Of a DNA stretch of 64,000 nt, positions 10,263-19,146 are shown one piece after another. The stretch is from a bacterium (GTDB lineage: Bacteria; JAAXHH01): NCBI GenBank assembly GCA_965262815.1, contig OZ253560.1, positions 2,547,287-2,611,286 of the forward strand. The letters run 5' to 3'. Position numbers and translations under genes: made by a program. The notes beneath the pieces are model-generated. The model saw only the letters and a list, made by a program, of their open reading frames with translations, did no database searches and was not told the origin of the DNA. How positions within the stretch are numbered: the stretch's first letter is position 1; every line of letters begins with the position of its first letter.

Positions 10263-11042
10263 TCAGGAAGGCCCTAGGGCACGGACACCGGGCCAGTCTA
10301 TCCACATGTCGCCGCCGGGAGTCGCGTTCTCGTCCAGGTCCGCCCGCTTGTAGTCGTAGAGTACCGCCTGGCGGATCCGGCCGGTTCTGTTGTGGCCGAC
10401 GGAATGACCCATGCGGTGGTGCCAGAACACGATATCGCCGGCCTTTCCGTGACAGTCCATGGGCGGTGTACGGTCCACCTCTTCCTTATGGGCCACGTAT
10501 GCAGGCGTTCTGTCAAAGGTATACCGATTGGTGAAATCGTGAAAGAACACCTGGTGGCTGCCCGGCCAGACGGTGAATCCGCCGCCGCCGGGACCGACGT
10601 CGTCGATATACCCCACGACGCCGAGATGGAAGGGATGGGCGTCCACGTGGCAACCCATGGGACGGGGCGGCGCTTCGCCTTCAGGCAGGACGCAGTAAAT
10701 GCCGCGAATTCGGTCCGGCCTGAACAGCGCCCCCTCCCCGAGCAACTGTTCCGCCATGCCCATGACGGAAGGATCGGTGGCGAGCAGGCGGACCATCCAG
10801 TCCTCTCCACCCGGTTCCCTGTACTTCCACATGTACTGGTGCCGGTGGGATGCGCCGTCGTCGACCGGTTCGTCAAACGGTCCGATCCAGGTTTCCGGTT
10901 TTCCGCGCTCGAGGGGAGGCGGCAGGTTCGACCACATGCGTTCCCGGCCCCGGGCCATCAGGTCGGGATCCATCACGTTTTGCTTGATCAGGTAGCCTTC
11001 GCGGACGAAAAACCGGATGTCGTCCTCGGTGAGACGGACCAT
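10263..11042 (-). CDS. phytanoyl-CoA dioxygenase (PhyH) family Fe(II)/2OG oxygenase
   Basis: PhyH-like core (…HVDAHPF…, …WHHRMGHSVGHN…). I moved the start to Met77 (MVRLTEDDI) because the upstream 76 residues are low-complexity. Confidence 0.65.
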   Translation of the reverse strand: MVRLTEDDIRFFVREGYLIKQNVMDPDLMARGRERMWSNLPPPLERGKPETWIGPFDEPVDDGASHRHQYMWKYREPGGEDWMVRLLATDPSVMGMAEQLLGEGALFRPDRIRGIYCVLPEGEAPPRPMGCHVDAHPFHLGVVGYIDDVGPGGGGFTVWPGSHQVFFHDFTNRYTFDRTPAYVAHKEEVDRTPPMDCHGKAGDIVFWHHRMGHSVGHNRTGRIRQAVLYDYKRADLDENATPGGDMWIDWPGVRALGPS

Positions 11043-11123
11043 GTCCAACAGGCCTCCCTGGGTGGTCGGTCGTGTGCGGGTGGTTGATTGTGTACTTGTA
11101 GTTGGTCGTGAACAGATGAATAT

Positions 11124-12767
11124 ATGGAATGGACTCGGGAAACTGTCAAGGAGGAATGCAACGTGAAGAAATGGATCACCGCGGCGGCGCTGCTGCTGTT
11201 GGGTCTCGCTCCCGAAACTGGCATGGCCAGCGACGGATATCTCCGTCTCGATGACGTGGATATCCTCCACTACCGGATCAGACTGGAGATCGGGGAAACC
11301 GGTTCAGGTATCCAGGGCGAAGCCACGATCCTGGCCGAGATGCTGGCCGGCGGCCGGGATGTCCTGCCCCTCGACCTCGGCTCCCTCAGTGTGGACCGGG
11401 TCACGGTCGACGGGAAAAACGCGGCTTTCGTCCATCGCGACGGCCGGTTGAGCATTACGATCGCAGACGACTACGCAAAGGGAGACCGGGTCGAGGTAGT
11501 CGTTGCCTATCAGGGCGAACCAGAGGACGGGCTGTTCATACAGGAAAACAAGTTCGGTCACAGGTCCGTGTTCGCGGACAACTGGCCGAACCGGGCGCGG
11601 CACTGGTTTCCCGGGGTGGACCACCCCTATGACAAGGCGACGGTCGAGTTCATTGTCACCGCGCCCGTGGCCTACGACGTCGTGGCCAATGGCCGATTGC
11701 TGGAGACGACGACCGTTTCGCCGGACCGCAAGCGAACGCACTGGAAAACCGAAGTGCCCATACCCACTTACTGCATGGTGGTCGGAGCCGCCCGCTTTTC
11801 CATCATCCATCCGGGATCCTGGAAGGGCATACCGGTTTCGTACTACCTGTTTCCCGGCGACCGGGACAAGGGTACCAATGATTTCTCCCGTTCCATGGAC
11901 ATGCTGGCCTTTTACGCCGACCTGATCGGACCCTATCCCTACGCAAAGCTCTCGCTGGTGCAGTCTTCCACCCGATTTGGCGGCATGGAGAACGCCAGCG
12001 CGATCTTCTTTTCGGAGAAGGGCATAACGGGCACAAGGCGGAACGAAGCCGTGGTCGCCCACGAGATCGCCCACCAGTGGTTCGGCGATTCGGTGACCGA
12101 ATCCGACTGGCACCACCTTTGGCTCAGCGAAGGGTTCGCCACCTACTTCGGCGCCTTGTTTTTTGAAGAAACCGAAGGCGACGAGCGGTTTCACGAGATG
12201 CTCGACCGAAGCAGGTCCCGGTATTTGGACGCAAACAACCGTGCCCCCGCACCCATCTTCAATCCCGGGATTACGGACCTGTTCGACCTGCTGAACGCCT
12301 ACAACTACAGCAAGGGTGGGTTGGTGCTCCACATGCTCAGGGGCCTGATGGGCGACGACCCGTTCTTCGCGGGCATACGACGCTTCTACCGAGAATACCG
12401 GGATCAGACCGTGCTGACCCGGGATTTCCAGGCCGTCATGGAATCACAGTCCGGAAAAAACCTGGAATGGTTTTTCGAACAGTGGATTTACCGATCGGGG
12501 CATCCCGTGGTGGACGTGACCTGGTCCTGGGACGACCAGTCCGGGGAGGTTTCCGTGCGTCTGGAGCAGACCCAGCGGCAGGATCCATACAGACTGCCTG
12601 TTACCCTGGCCTTCGTGATTGGAGACCAGCAGCATCGCAGGCAAATCGAACTGATTGAACGGTCCCACGAATTCCGCTTCAAAGTGGACGGAGCTCCAGA
12701 GGAGGTCCTGGTCGATCCCGATGCCTGGCTTTTGATGGAGTCACGGGTAAAACGCGGGGATGGATAA
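11124..12767 (+). CDS. M1-family zinc aminopeptidase (aminopeptidase N-like), secreted/lipoprotein
   Basis: Gluzincin motifs HEIAHQWFGD and WLSEGFATY, a GxMEN-like GGMEN motif, and an N-terminal signal peptide (KKWITAAALLLLGLA). Confidence 0.85.
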   Translation: MEWTRETVKEECNVKKWITAAALLLLGLAPETGMASDGYLRLDDVDILHYRIRLEIGETGSGIQGEATILAEMLAGGRDVLPLDLGSLSVDRVTVDGKNAAFVHRDGRLSITIADDYAKGDRVEVVVAYQGEPEDGLFIQENKFGHRSVFADNWPNRARHWFPGVDHPYDKATVEFIVTAPVAYDVVANGRLLETTTVSPDRKRTHWKTEVPIPTYCMVVGAARFSIIHPGSWKGIPVSYYLFPGDRDKGTNDFSRSMDMLAFYADLIGPYPYAKLSLVQSSTRFGGMENASAIFFSEKGITGTRRNEAVVAHEIAHQWFGDSVTESDWHHLWLSEGFATYFGALFFEETEGDERFHEMLDRSRSRYLDANNRAPAPIFNPGITDLFDLLNAYNYSKGGLVLHMLRGLMGDDPFFAGIRRFYREYRDQTVLTRDFQAVMESQSGKNLEWFFEQWIYRSGHPVVDVTWSWDDQSGEVSVRLEQTQRQDPYRLPVTLAFVIGDQQHRRQIELIERSHEFRFKVDGAPEEVLVDPDAWLLMESRVKRGDG

Positions 12768-12824
12768 ACGAATAGTTATGTTAAACTGAAGGATGACTTA
12801 TCAGTTAAAGCATTAAAAAAGTGT

Positions 12825-12860
12825 TGACTTTTCCGTGAGTTGTGATTTATTGGGTAACAG
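12825..12860 (+). promoter_or_regulatory. putative sigma70 promoter for cspA (TTGACT -35), followed by a ~160-nt AT-rich 5'UTR
   Basis: gtgTTGACTtttccgtgagttgtgatttatt lies ~190 nt upstream of the cspA ATG. cspA genes are known to carry long regulatory 5'UTRs. Confidence 0.3.
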
Positions 12861-13016
12861 GATTTTGTCTCTGTCTCCTGCATGATCGTAAAACAAACAA
12901 CGATGCGGCACGGATCAGAACCAACGATCCTGCCGTTTTTTTTATGCGGGTTTGAAGTCGAACAGAGACTTCGTTGTAGATTTATTTTATTCATGCCTGA
13001 AAGGTGGTGAGCAATT

Positions 13017-13217
13017 TTGGCAGTCGGAAAAGTAAAGTGGTTTAACGACCACAAGGGCTATGGTTTTATCGAGCACGATGGTGGCGATGACGTCTTCGTA
13101 CACTACTCGGCGATCCAGGGAGACGGTTTCAAGTCTCTGGCAGAAGGCGATGCGGTTGAATTCGATATCACTGAGGGCCCCAAGGGATTCCAAGCCGCAA
13201 ACGTCACAAAGCAGTAA
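13017..13217 (+). CDS. cspA: cold-shock protein (CspA family)
   Basis: 66 aa: [32 protein letters not shown], with RNP1/RNP2 motifs. Confidence 0.95.
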   Translation: MAVGKVKWFNDHKGYGFIEHDGGDDVFVHYSAIQGDGFKSLAEGDAVEFDITEGPKGFQAANVTKQ

Positions 13218-13248
13218 ACAGCGGCATTGATCCCCAATGAAACGAAAC

Positions 13249-13286
13249 GGGCGCCGGAGCAATTAGTTCCGGCGCCCGTTTTTTGT
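13249..13286. terminator. bidirectional rho-independent terminator
   Basis: Perfect GC stem gggcgccggag / ctccggcgccc around loop caattagtt, followed by TTTTTT. It sits between convergent cspA (+) and the outer-membrane protein gene (-). Confidence 0.8.
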
Positions 13287-13333
13287 ACATCGGCCGCGGG
13301 TCCTTCCCAGCCGTGTATACAGTCGGTCACCCC

Positions 13334-14323
13334 CTACCCTCCGAGATGATATCGCAGACCCAGGGATACGCCCAGGTAATGCGAACCGCTTCCCCTGATC
13401 TCGTATTGAACGGGCATATCGTAACCTGTTCCCGAATCCGGCCCCACGGTGGATTCGTGTCCCCTCAGCAACCTCCACTGGTTTTCGCCGTCCAAAAACT
13501 CACCGGATCTACCGTAACGCAGATTCAGTCCGGCCGAGAAGCGACCACTAATCGCGTAGTCCACGCCGGCAAGGAACTGGAAGCCGAATACTCTGTCTGA
13601 AAGCGTATCATCGGCGAGTGACGCCAGTCCGGCCGCGTGTGAATTACGTCCCAGTTGCCGCATTCTTTCCCGGTCGTTCGTCCTGATGGAAGCCGCAGAG
13701 TAGAACATCCGCTGTCTCGCCAGCCCGACGCCCACGCCCAGGTAAGGCGTCGCTTTCGGCGACAGCATGCCGTTGAAGTCATAGTACAGATTCGCGAATA
13801 AATGATCCGACCGGAAATCGCTTATTTTCTCGCTGCGCTCCACAAACTCTGCCTGTTTCTCGTCGCCCGGTACGACCAGGGGAAGGAGCGCTCCGTTCTG
13901 CCCCCGGCGAAAATACTCGACCTCGATGCGCAGCGCATTCAAGGCATATCCGGCCTGTACTCCCGCCAAGATGCCCCGTCCCAGATCGAAGATATTCGGA
14001 GAAGCCGGAAACACGCGGGGCGAACACTGAGAAAGCGGGAGTGGAACCATGGTTCCATCGTTCAAAGTCTCCCCGGGCAGCCACTGATCGCAGTTGGTGG
14101 GGATGCCGTTGTTCGTTCGCGTGGACTCGTACTCCCCGGGAATGGACACCCCTGCCTGCATGCCGAAATAAAATCCCTGGCGGCTTCCGTCGGGCCCCTG
14201 TGCTCTCGAACTTGGCGGAAACAACAGGATAGTCAGCGAGCAGATCAGCGTGGATAAAACCATCGCCCTCGCAGCCACTATCCATCTCCTCGTTGTATAG
14301 GTGATTTTGCCGTGTCGAAACAT
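13334..14323 (-). CDS. outer-membrane beta-barrel protein (porin/OmpA-like family)
   Basis: Signal peptide (…LSTLICSLTILLFPPSSRAQG) and alternating amphipathic beta-strand pattern with aromatic girdle residues. Likely start at Met21 (~14263). Confidence 0.5.
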   Translation of the reverse strand: MFRHGKITYTTRRWIVAARAMVLSTLICSLTILLFPPSSRAQGPDGSRQGFYFGMQAGVSIPGEYESTRTNNGIPTNCDQWLPGETLNDGTMVPLPLSQCSPRVFPASPNIFDLGRGILAGVQAGYALNALRIEVEYFRRGQNGALLPLVVPGDEKQAEFVERSEKISDFRSDHLFANLYYDFNGMLSPKATPYLGVGVGLARQRMFYSAASIRTNDRERMRQLGRNSHAAGLASLADDTLSDRVFGFQFLAGVDYAISGRFSAGLNLRYGRSGEFLDGENQWRLLRGHESTVGPDSGTGYDMPVQYEIRGSGSHYLGVSLGLRYHLGG

Positions 14324-14540
14324 ACTTGTTTACGAATTGCCGTACAAGGTAATTTAGCGGTCAAGGGTCAATCTGTCCGTGCGGTCCCTGGAAGCCTTCC
14401 TGATCACCTGATCCGTACCTTCGACGTATCGCTTGACAGCAGGTGCCACCCCGCCCAGATTGCGATACCGTACCGGAGATGGAACGGAGAAACGAAGGTC
14501 CGCGCATACCCGCAAATATGAGACGCCAGGGCGACAAAAC

Positions 14541-16913
14541 ATGATCGTTGAAATCCGATCCGATACCCATCAAGGCGCAATCAGAAACCCGGTTCGATCC
14601 AGCCGGGCGGGCGTCCTCCTGTCGATGCTCTGTGCCGTCATGATAGTCGTTGCCATGGAGACATCCGCACAGGAATCCACGAAACGGGACGACGCAGCCG
14701 CCGGTGTCCCCGACGCAGAGTCAACGGACGATTCCCAAATCCTGGACGCAGTGTCAACGGACGATGCTCCAATATTGATGGAAGAGATCGTGGTCACGGC
14801 ACGCAAGCGGGCACAGCCCGCCTTCGAAGTGCCGCTGTCCCTGTCCACGATACAGGAAGCGAAGTCCGCGGTCCTTCGCTCATCGGGCATGGACCTGCGA
14901 TTCCTTTCGAACCGGGTGCCCAGCCTGCAGATGGAGTCCTCCTACGGTCGAGTTTTTCCCCGGTTCTATATCCGGGGCCTGGGCAATACGGACTTCGACC
15001 TGAATGCCTCCCAGCCCGTTTCCGTGATCTATGACGGTGTCGTCCTCGAAAACGCCCTGCTGAAGGGTTATCCCGCCTTTGACCTGGACCGGATCGAAGT
15101 GCTTCGCGGTCCCCAGGGCTCGCTGTTCGGCCGGAATACACCGGCGGGCATCGTCAAGCTGGAATCGGCCCGGCCGACCGAAGAACCCGAGGGTTTTGGG
15201 CGGTTGGGCTACGGACGATTCAACACCGCCATTTTCGAGGGAGCGGTGTCTGGGCCGCTTGGATCTCCGGCACTTTCCGCCCGTCTCTCGGTGCTGGTCC
15301 AGCGTCGGGGCGACTGGGTGGACAACGAACACGACGGTCCAACGGAAGCGCTCGGCGGGTACAGGGAAATGGCCGGGCGGCTTCAGTTTCGCTGGCGGCC
15401 CACGTCAGATCTCGAAACGCTGATCAATATCCATGGCCGCGACCGGGATGGCTCAGCGCGGATGTTCCGCGCCAACGTCATCGAACCGGACCGGGGTGGA
15501 CTGGTGAAGGGATTCTCCCGTGACCGTATCGCGATCGATGGACGCAACAGCCAGGAACTGAATGCCCACGGAATGACGGTGGAGGTAAGATACCAGACGG
15601 GCGTCCACGAACTGGTTTCCGTGACCGGCATGGAACGACTTGAAAGCTTCTCCCGCGGCGATATCGACGGCGGCTACGGCGCGGTGTTCAGTCCACCCAG
15701 CGGTCCGGGCGTAATACCCTTTCCATCCGAAACGGCCGGGGGCATCCCCTTCCTTCGCCAGATCAGCCAGGAAATACGGCTGGTCAGCCAGGAACACCAT
15801 CGGCTCGATTACCTCTTCGGCCTGTACTACCTCCACGAATCGGTGGATATTGACGACTACAACTTTGATACCCTGTCCGGTGGAACCCGCGACGGATACA
15901 CGCGGCAGCAACAGGTCGCCAAAGCGTGGGCCGCGTTCCTGGCGAGTACCCTGCACCTGGGAGGCGCTGTGGAGATTGGTGGGGGACTTCGGTTTTCCCA
16001 CGACGCGAAAGACTACACGGCGTGGCGGGACGAGGCACCAGCGGTCACCGGCGCCGGCAAACTGGGCCCTGTACGCCGCGACCCGACAGACACCGCCTGG
16101 AGCGGAGATCTGAGCATGCGGTACACCGCGTCTTCCCGCGTGCAGACCTACGTGCGCGCCGCCAGGGGATTCCGCGCGCCGAGCATACAGGGCCGCCTGC
16201 TGTTCGGCGACATGGTCTCCGTGGCCGGGACGGAGACGATACACTCCATCGAAGGCGGGACTAAAATGCGCCTGTGGGACGGCAGTCTCCGCCTCGACCT
16301 GGCCGTTTTTCACTATCGGCTGCGTAACCAGCAGCTCACCGCCGTGGGCGGCGAAACCAATTTCAACCGGCTGGTGAACGCCGACAGAACGCTGGGGAAA
16401 GGTTTCGAAGCCGAGTTGGCCCTCGCGCCGCCGGGCGGAATGCGCATAACGGCCGGATTGAGCTACAATCACACCCGTATCGACGACGCGAACCTGGCGA
16501 TACAGGCCTGCGGCGCCCCGTGCACCGTGCTGGATCCGTCCGGGCCCGAGCCCGGAACGGTCCTGATCGACGGCAACGGACTGCCCCAGGCACCGAGGTG
16601 GATTGCGGATGCCACCTTGAACTATCCGGTGGCCTTGTCCGGCGGTTCCTACCTGGCTGCCTCGTTCGACCTCGCCTATCGCAGCGCGGTGCGTTTCTTT
16701 CTTTACGATTCCGAGGAGTTTCGGGACGATCGGCTGATGGAATGCGGAGTGCGTCTCTCCTACCTGGTGCGGGGTACCGGGATGGAGATCTCCCTGGTCG
16801 GTCGAAACATCTTCGACGATCTGTCCCTCACCGGTGGAATCGATTTCAACAATCTGACGGGTTTCGTAAACGAACCACCCTACTGGGGAGTGGTACTGGC
16901 CCGCCATTTCTGA
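14541..16913 (+). CDS. TonB-dependent receptor
   Basis: Signal peptide, TonB-box/plug region (EEIVVTARKR), a 22-strand barrel-length protein and C-terminal …VLARHF (terminal Phe). The ORF-track start at TTG 14433 adds a 36-aa non-signal extension, so I prefer ATG 14541. Confidence 0.85.
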   Translation: MIVEIRSDTHQGAIRNPVRSSRAGVLLSMLCAVMIVVAMETSAQESTKRDDAAAGVPDAESTDDSQILDAVSTDDAPILMEEIVVTARKRAQPAFEVPLSLSTIQEAKSAVLRSSGMDLRFLSNRVPSLQMESSYGRVFPRFYIRGLGNTDFDLNASQPVSVIYDGVVLENALLKGYPAFDLDRIEVLRGPQGSLFGRNTPAGIVKLESARPTEEPEGFGRLGYGRFNTAIFEGAVSGPLGSPALSARLSVLVQRRGDWVDNEHDGPTEALGGYREMAGRLQFRWRPTSDLETLINIHGRDRDGSARMFRANVIEPDRGGLVKGFSRDRIAIDGRNSQELNAHGMTVEVRYQTGVHELVSVTGMERLESFSRGDIDGGYGAVFSPPSGPGVIPFPSETAGGIPFLRQISQEIRLVSQEHHRLDYLFGLYYLHESVDIDDYNFDTLSGGTRDGYTRQQQVAKAWAAFLASTLHLGGAVEIGGGLRFSHDAKDYTAWRDEAPAVTGAGKLGPVRRDPTDTAWSGDLSMRYTASSRVQTYVRAARGFRAPSIQGRLLFGDMVSVAGTETIHSIEGGTKMRLWDGSLRLDLAVFHYRLRNQQLTAVGGETNFNRLVNADRTLGKGFEAELALAPPGGMRITAGLSYNHTRIDDANLAIQACGAPCTVLDPSGPEPGTVLIDGNGLPQAPRWIADATLNYPVALSGGSYLAASFDLAYRSAVRFFLYDSEEFRDDRLMECGVRLSYLVRGTGMEISLVGRNIFDDLSLTGGIDFNNLTGFVNEPPYWGVVLARHF

Positions 16914-17110
16914 GCGTGAAGCCGGGCGATTTCGAGTTTCTCCATCACTCGGCGCCGAAGGCATCTAAATCACTTGACTCCGAACCTGATATTGGACAGG
17001 TATGTAGTGAAGTGGACTCTCTCCACGGTGAGGATCCACGCTTGATCTTTAATGGACATCAGAATCCAGAATCAACAAGCGCGTTCACCGAACTATAGAC
17101 GGGGGAAACG

Positions 17111-17764
17111 ATGTTAAGATTCGCGGAAGAAATCATGCTGCTCATGCTCGACGACGACGGTAAATTCGTGGGCGTACCCGACCGCCTGCTAAGGTATGGT
17201 CTTGCCGGCGGCGTACTGATGGACCTGGCCCTCGAAAACCGCATCGATACCGATGTCGACAAGCTGGTATTACTGGATTCCAATCCCGTGGGCGACAATC
17301 TGATCGATCCCTTGCTCGCGGATATTGCGGCGTCACCCGAAACGCACGGAGCGCGGTACTGGATTGAACATGCCGTCGACGGTGCCGACGATATCCGGGA
17401 GACGGCCATCGACAGGCTCGTGGATCGGGGAATCCTGTCCAGGGAGGAAGGTCAGTTCCTGTGGGTATTCCGCTCGCGGCGCTATCCGACTGTCGACGGC
17501 ACGGCCGAGCGGGAAGTCAAGCTCCGTATCATGGAGGTGTTGTTCAGCGACAACATCCCCAATCCCCGCGACGTAGTGATCATCAACCTCGCCCACGCGT
17601 GCAACCTCTTCAAGGAGATCCTTTCCTCCCGTGAACTCGCACAGGCCGCCGAGCGTATCGACCAGGTACGCAAACTGGATCTCATCGGCCAGGCCATGTC
17701 GAGGGCGATTACGGATATCGAACTGTCGCTTACCCTCGCCGTAGAACGCGGCTACTACATGTAA
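17111..17764 (+). CDS. GPP34/GOLPH3-family protein
   Basis: 217-aa protein resembling the bacterial GOLPH3/Vps74 (GPP34) family (…LMLDDDGKF…GLAGGVLMDLAL…). Compositionally native. Confidence 0.45.
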   Translation: MLRFAEEIMLLMLDDDGKFVGVPDRLLRYGLAGGVLMDLALENRIDTDVDKLVLLDSNPVGDNLIDPLLADIAASPETHGARYWIEHAVDGADDIRETAIDRLVDRGILSREEGQFLWVFRSRRYPTVDGTAEREVKLRIMEVLFSDNIPNPRDVVIINLAHACNLFKEILSSRELAQAAERIDQVRKLDLIGQAMSRAITDIELSLTLAVERGYYM

Positions 17765-17782
17765 AGATGGATCGGCCCGGCG

Positions 17783-19129
17783 CTACCTGCCGTGGCACCG
17801 CTTGAATTTCAGACCGCTTCCGCACGGACACGGGTCGTTGCGACCCACCGTTCGGAAGCGTTGCTGTTTCTGGCGGTCGGCCTCGTGTTGGCGGATATGG
17901 GACATCACGTTGGCGGGAGCCCGCCGGTGATGCAATTCATTGGCCATGAACCGCATGGGACCGTCGATGTGGTGGAAGAAGGTCTTGTACCCCTCGCACA
18001 GGTAGTTCAGGCCCGGTTCTCCGTCGGGCGTCGATATAATGCGGTTCTTCGGACACCCCCCATTGCAGATGAACCGCACGTCGCATGACAGGCAGTACTC
18101 CGGCAGCGTGTCCAGCTTGGCCTGCCCGAAGGCCCTCTGCTGCTCGGACATGACCATCTCCATCATGGGTATCTCGGTGATATTGCCCAGCTTGTAGTCC
18201 GGTTCGACATAGTGATCGCAGGCGTAGAGATCCCCGTTGTGCTCCAAGGCAAGGGCGTCGCCGCAGGTCTCCATGAATATGCAGAGTCCCGCACTTTGTC
18301 CAGACCAGGCGGCGAGAGACACGTCGAAAATCTGTACGTACATGCTCCCCACGTCCCGCCGGACCCACTCGTCGAATATCCGGACCAGGAAGTTGCCGTA
18401 TTGCTTCCCCGTCACCGACCGGCGCGTCACCTCGCTGCCCTCCTGGTACCCGGTCTCGTTGTCCAGTTCCACGATGGGTATGAATTGCAGGAAACGCGTC
18501 TTCACGACATCCCGCATGAAGCGGTAGACCTCCAGGGGGCTATCCGCGTTCGCTGCGTGCACCGTCGTCAGAATATTGAATTCGACCCCGTGGATCTGCA
18601 TCATCTCCGCCGCACGCATCACCGCGTCGAAGGTCGGCTTGCCGCCCTTGTCGACCCGGTAGGCGTCGTGCAGCGCTTTTGGTCCGTCCAGGCTCAGACC
18701 GATCAGGAAATCATTGTCGTGAAAGAACCGGCACCAGTCCTCGTCCAGGAGCGTGCCGTTGGTCTGCAGCGAGTTGTAGAGACGGGTATCCGGTTTCTGG
18801 TGCTTCTTCTGGAGTTCAACGGCCTTTTCAAAAAACTCGAGCCCCATGAGGGTGGGCTCACCGCCCTGCCAGGCGAAGGTGACTTCGGGAACCTGTTGGG
18901 CTTCGATGTACTGCCGGATGTATTCTTCGAGCAGGTCGTCGGACATGTGGAACCCGCTGCCAGGGTACAGGTCTTCCTTGGCAAGGAAGTAACAGTACTT
19001 GCAGTCGAGGTTGCAAATGGCCCCCCGGGGTTTCATCATCACGTGAAACGCCGGGACCGGGACCGGGTTTCCTCCGGCGGAAGGCATGGCCGATGCCGGG
19101 ACTGCGGTGGATGCGTCTAAAAGACTCAC
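17783..19129 (-). CDS. anaerobic sulfatase-maturating enzyme (radical SAM/SPASM) with C-terminal SEC-C motif
   Basis: CxxxCxxC radical-SAM motif (CNLDCKYCYF), a SPASM-type Cys cluster (CLSCDVRFICNGGCPKNR) and C-terminal NDPCPCGSGLKFKRCHG. Last gene of the sulfatase operon. Confidence 0.8.
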   Translation of the reverse strand: MSLLDASTAVPASAMPSAGGNPVPVPAFHVMMKPRGAICNLDCKYCYFLAKEDLYPGSGFHMSDDLLEEYIRQYIEAQQVPEVTFAWQGGEPTLMGLEFFEKAVELQKKHQKPDTRLYNSLQTNGTLLDEDWCRFFHDNDFLIGLSLDGPKALHDAYRVDKGGKPTFDAVMRAAEMMQIHGVEFNILTTVHAANADSPLEVYRFMRDVVKTRFLQFIPIVELDNETGYQEGSEVTRRSVTGKQYGNFLVRIFDEWVRRDVGSMYVQIFDVSLAAWSGQSAGLCIFMETCGDALALEHNGDLYACDHYVEPDYKLGNITEIPMMEMVMSEQQRAFGQAKLDTLPEYCLSCDVRFICNGGCPKNRIISTPDGEPGLNYLCEGYKTFFHHIDGPMRFMANELHHRRAPANVMSHIRQHEADRQKQQRFRTVGRNDPCPCGSGLKFKRCHGR

Positions 19130-19146
19130 GGTTGGTCTTTGCCTTA

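Noticed and set aside
15453-16964. 503-aa minus-strand ORF
   Set aside because: Antisense to the TonB-dependent receptor gene, which has clear barrel and C-terminal Phe signatures. Composition is Gly/Arg/Val-rich shadow.
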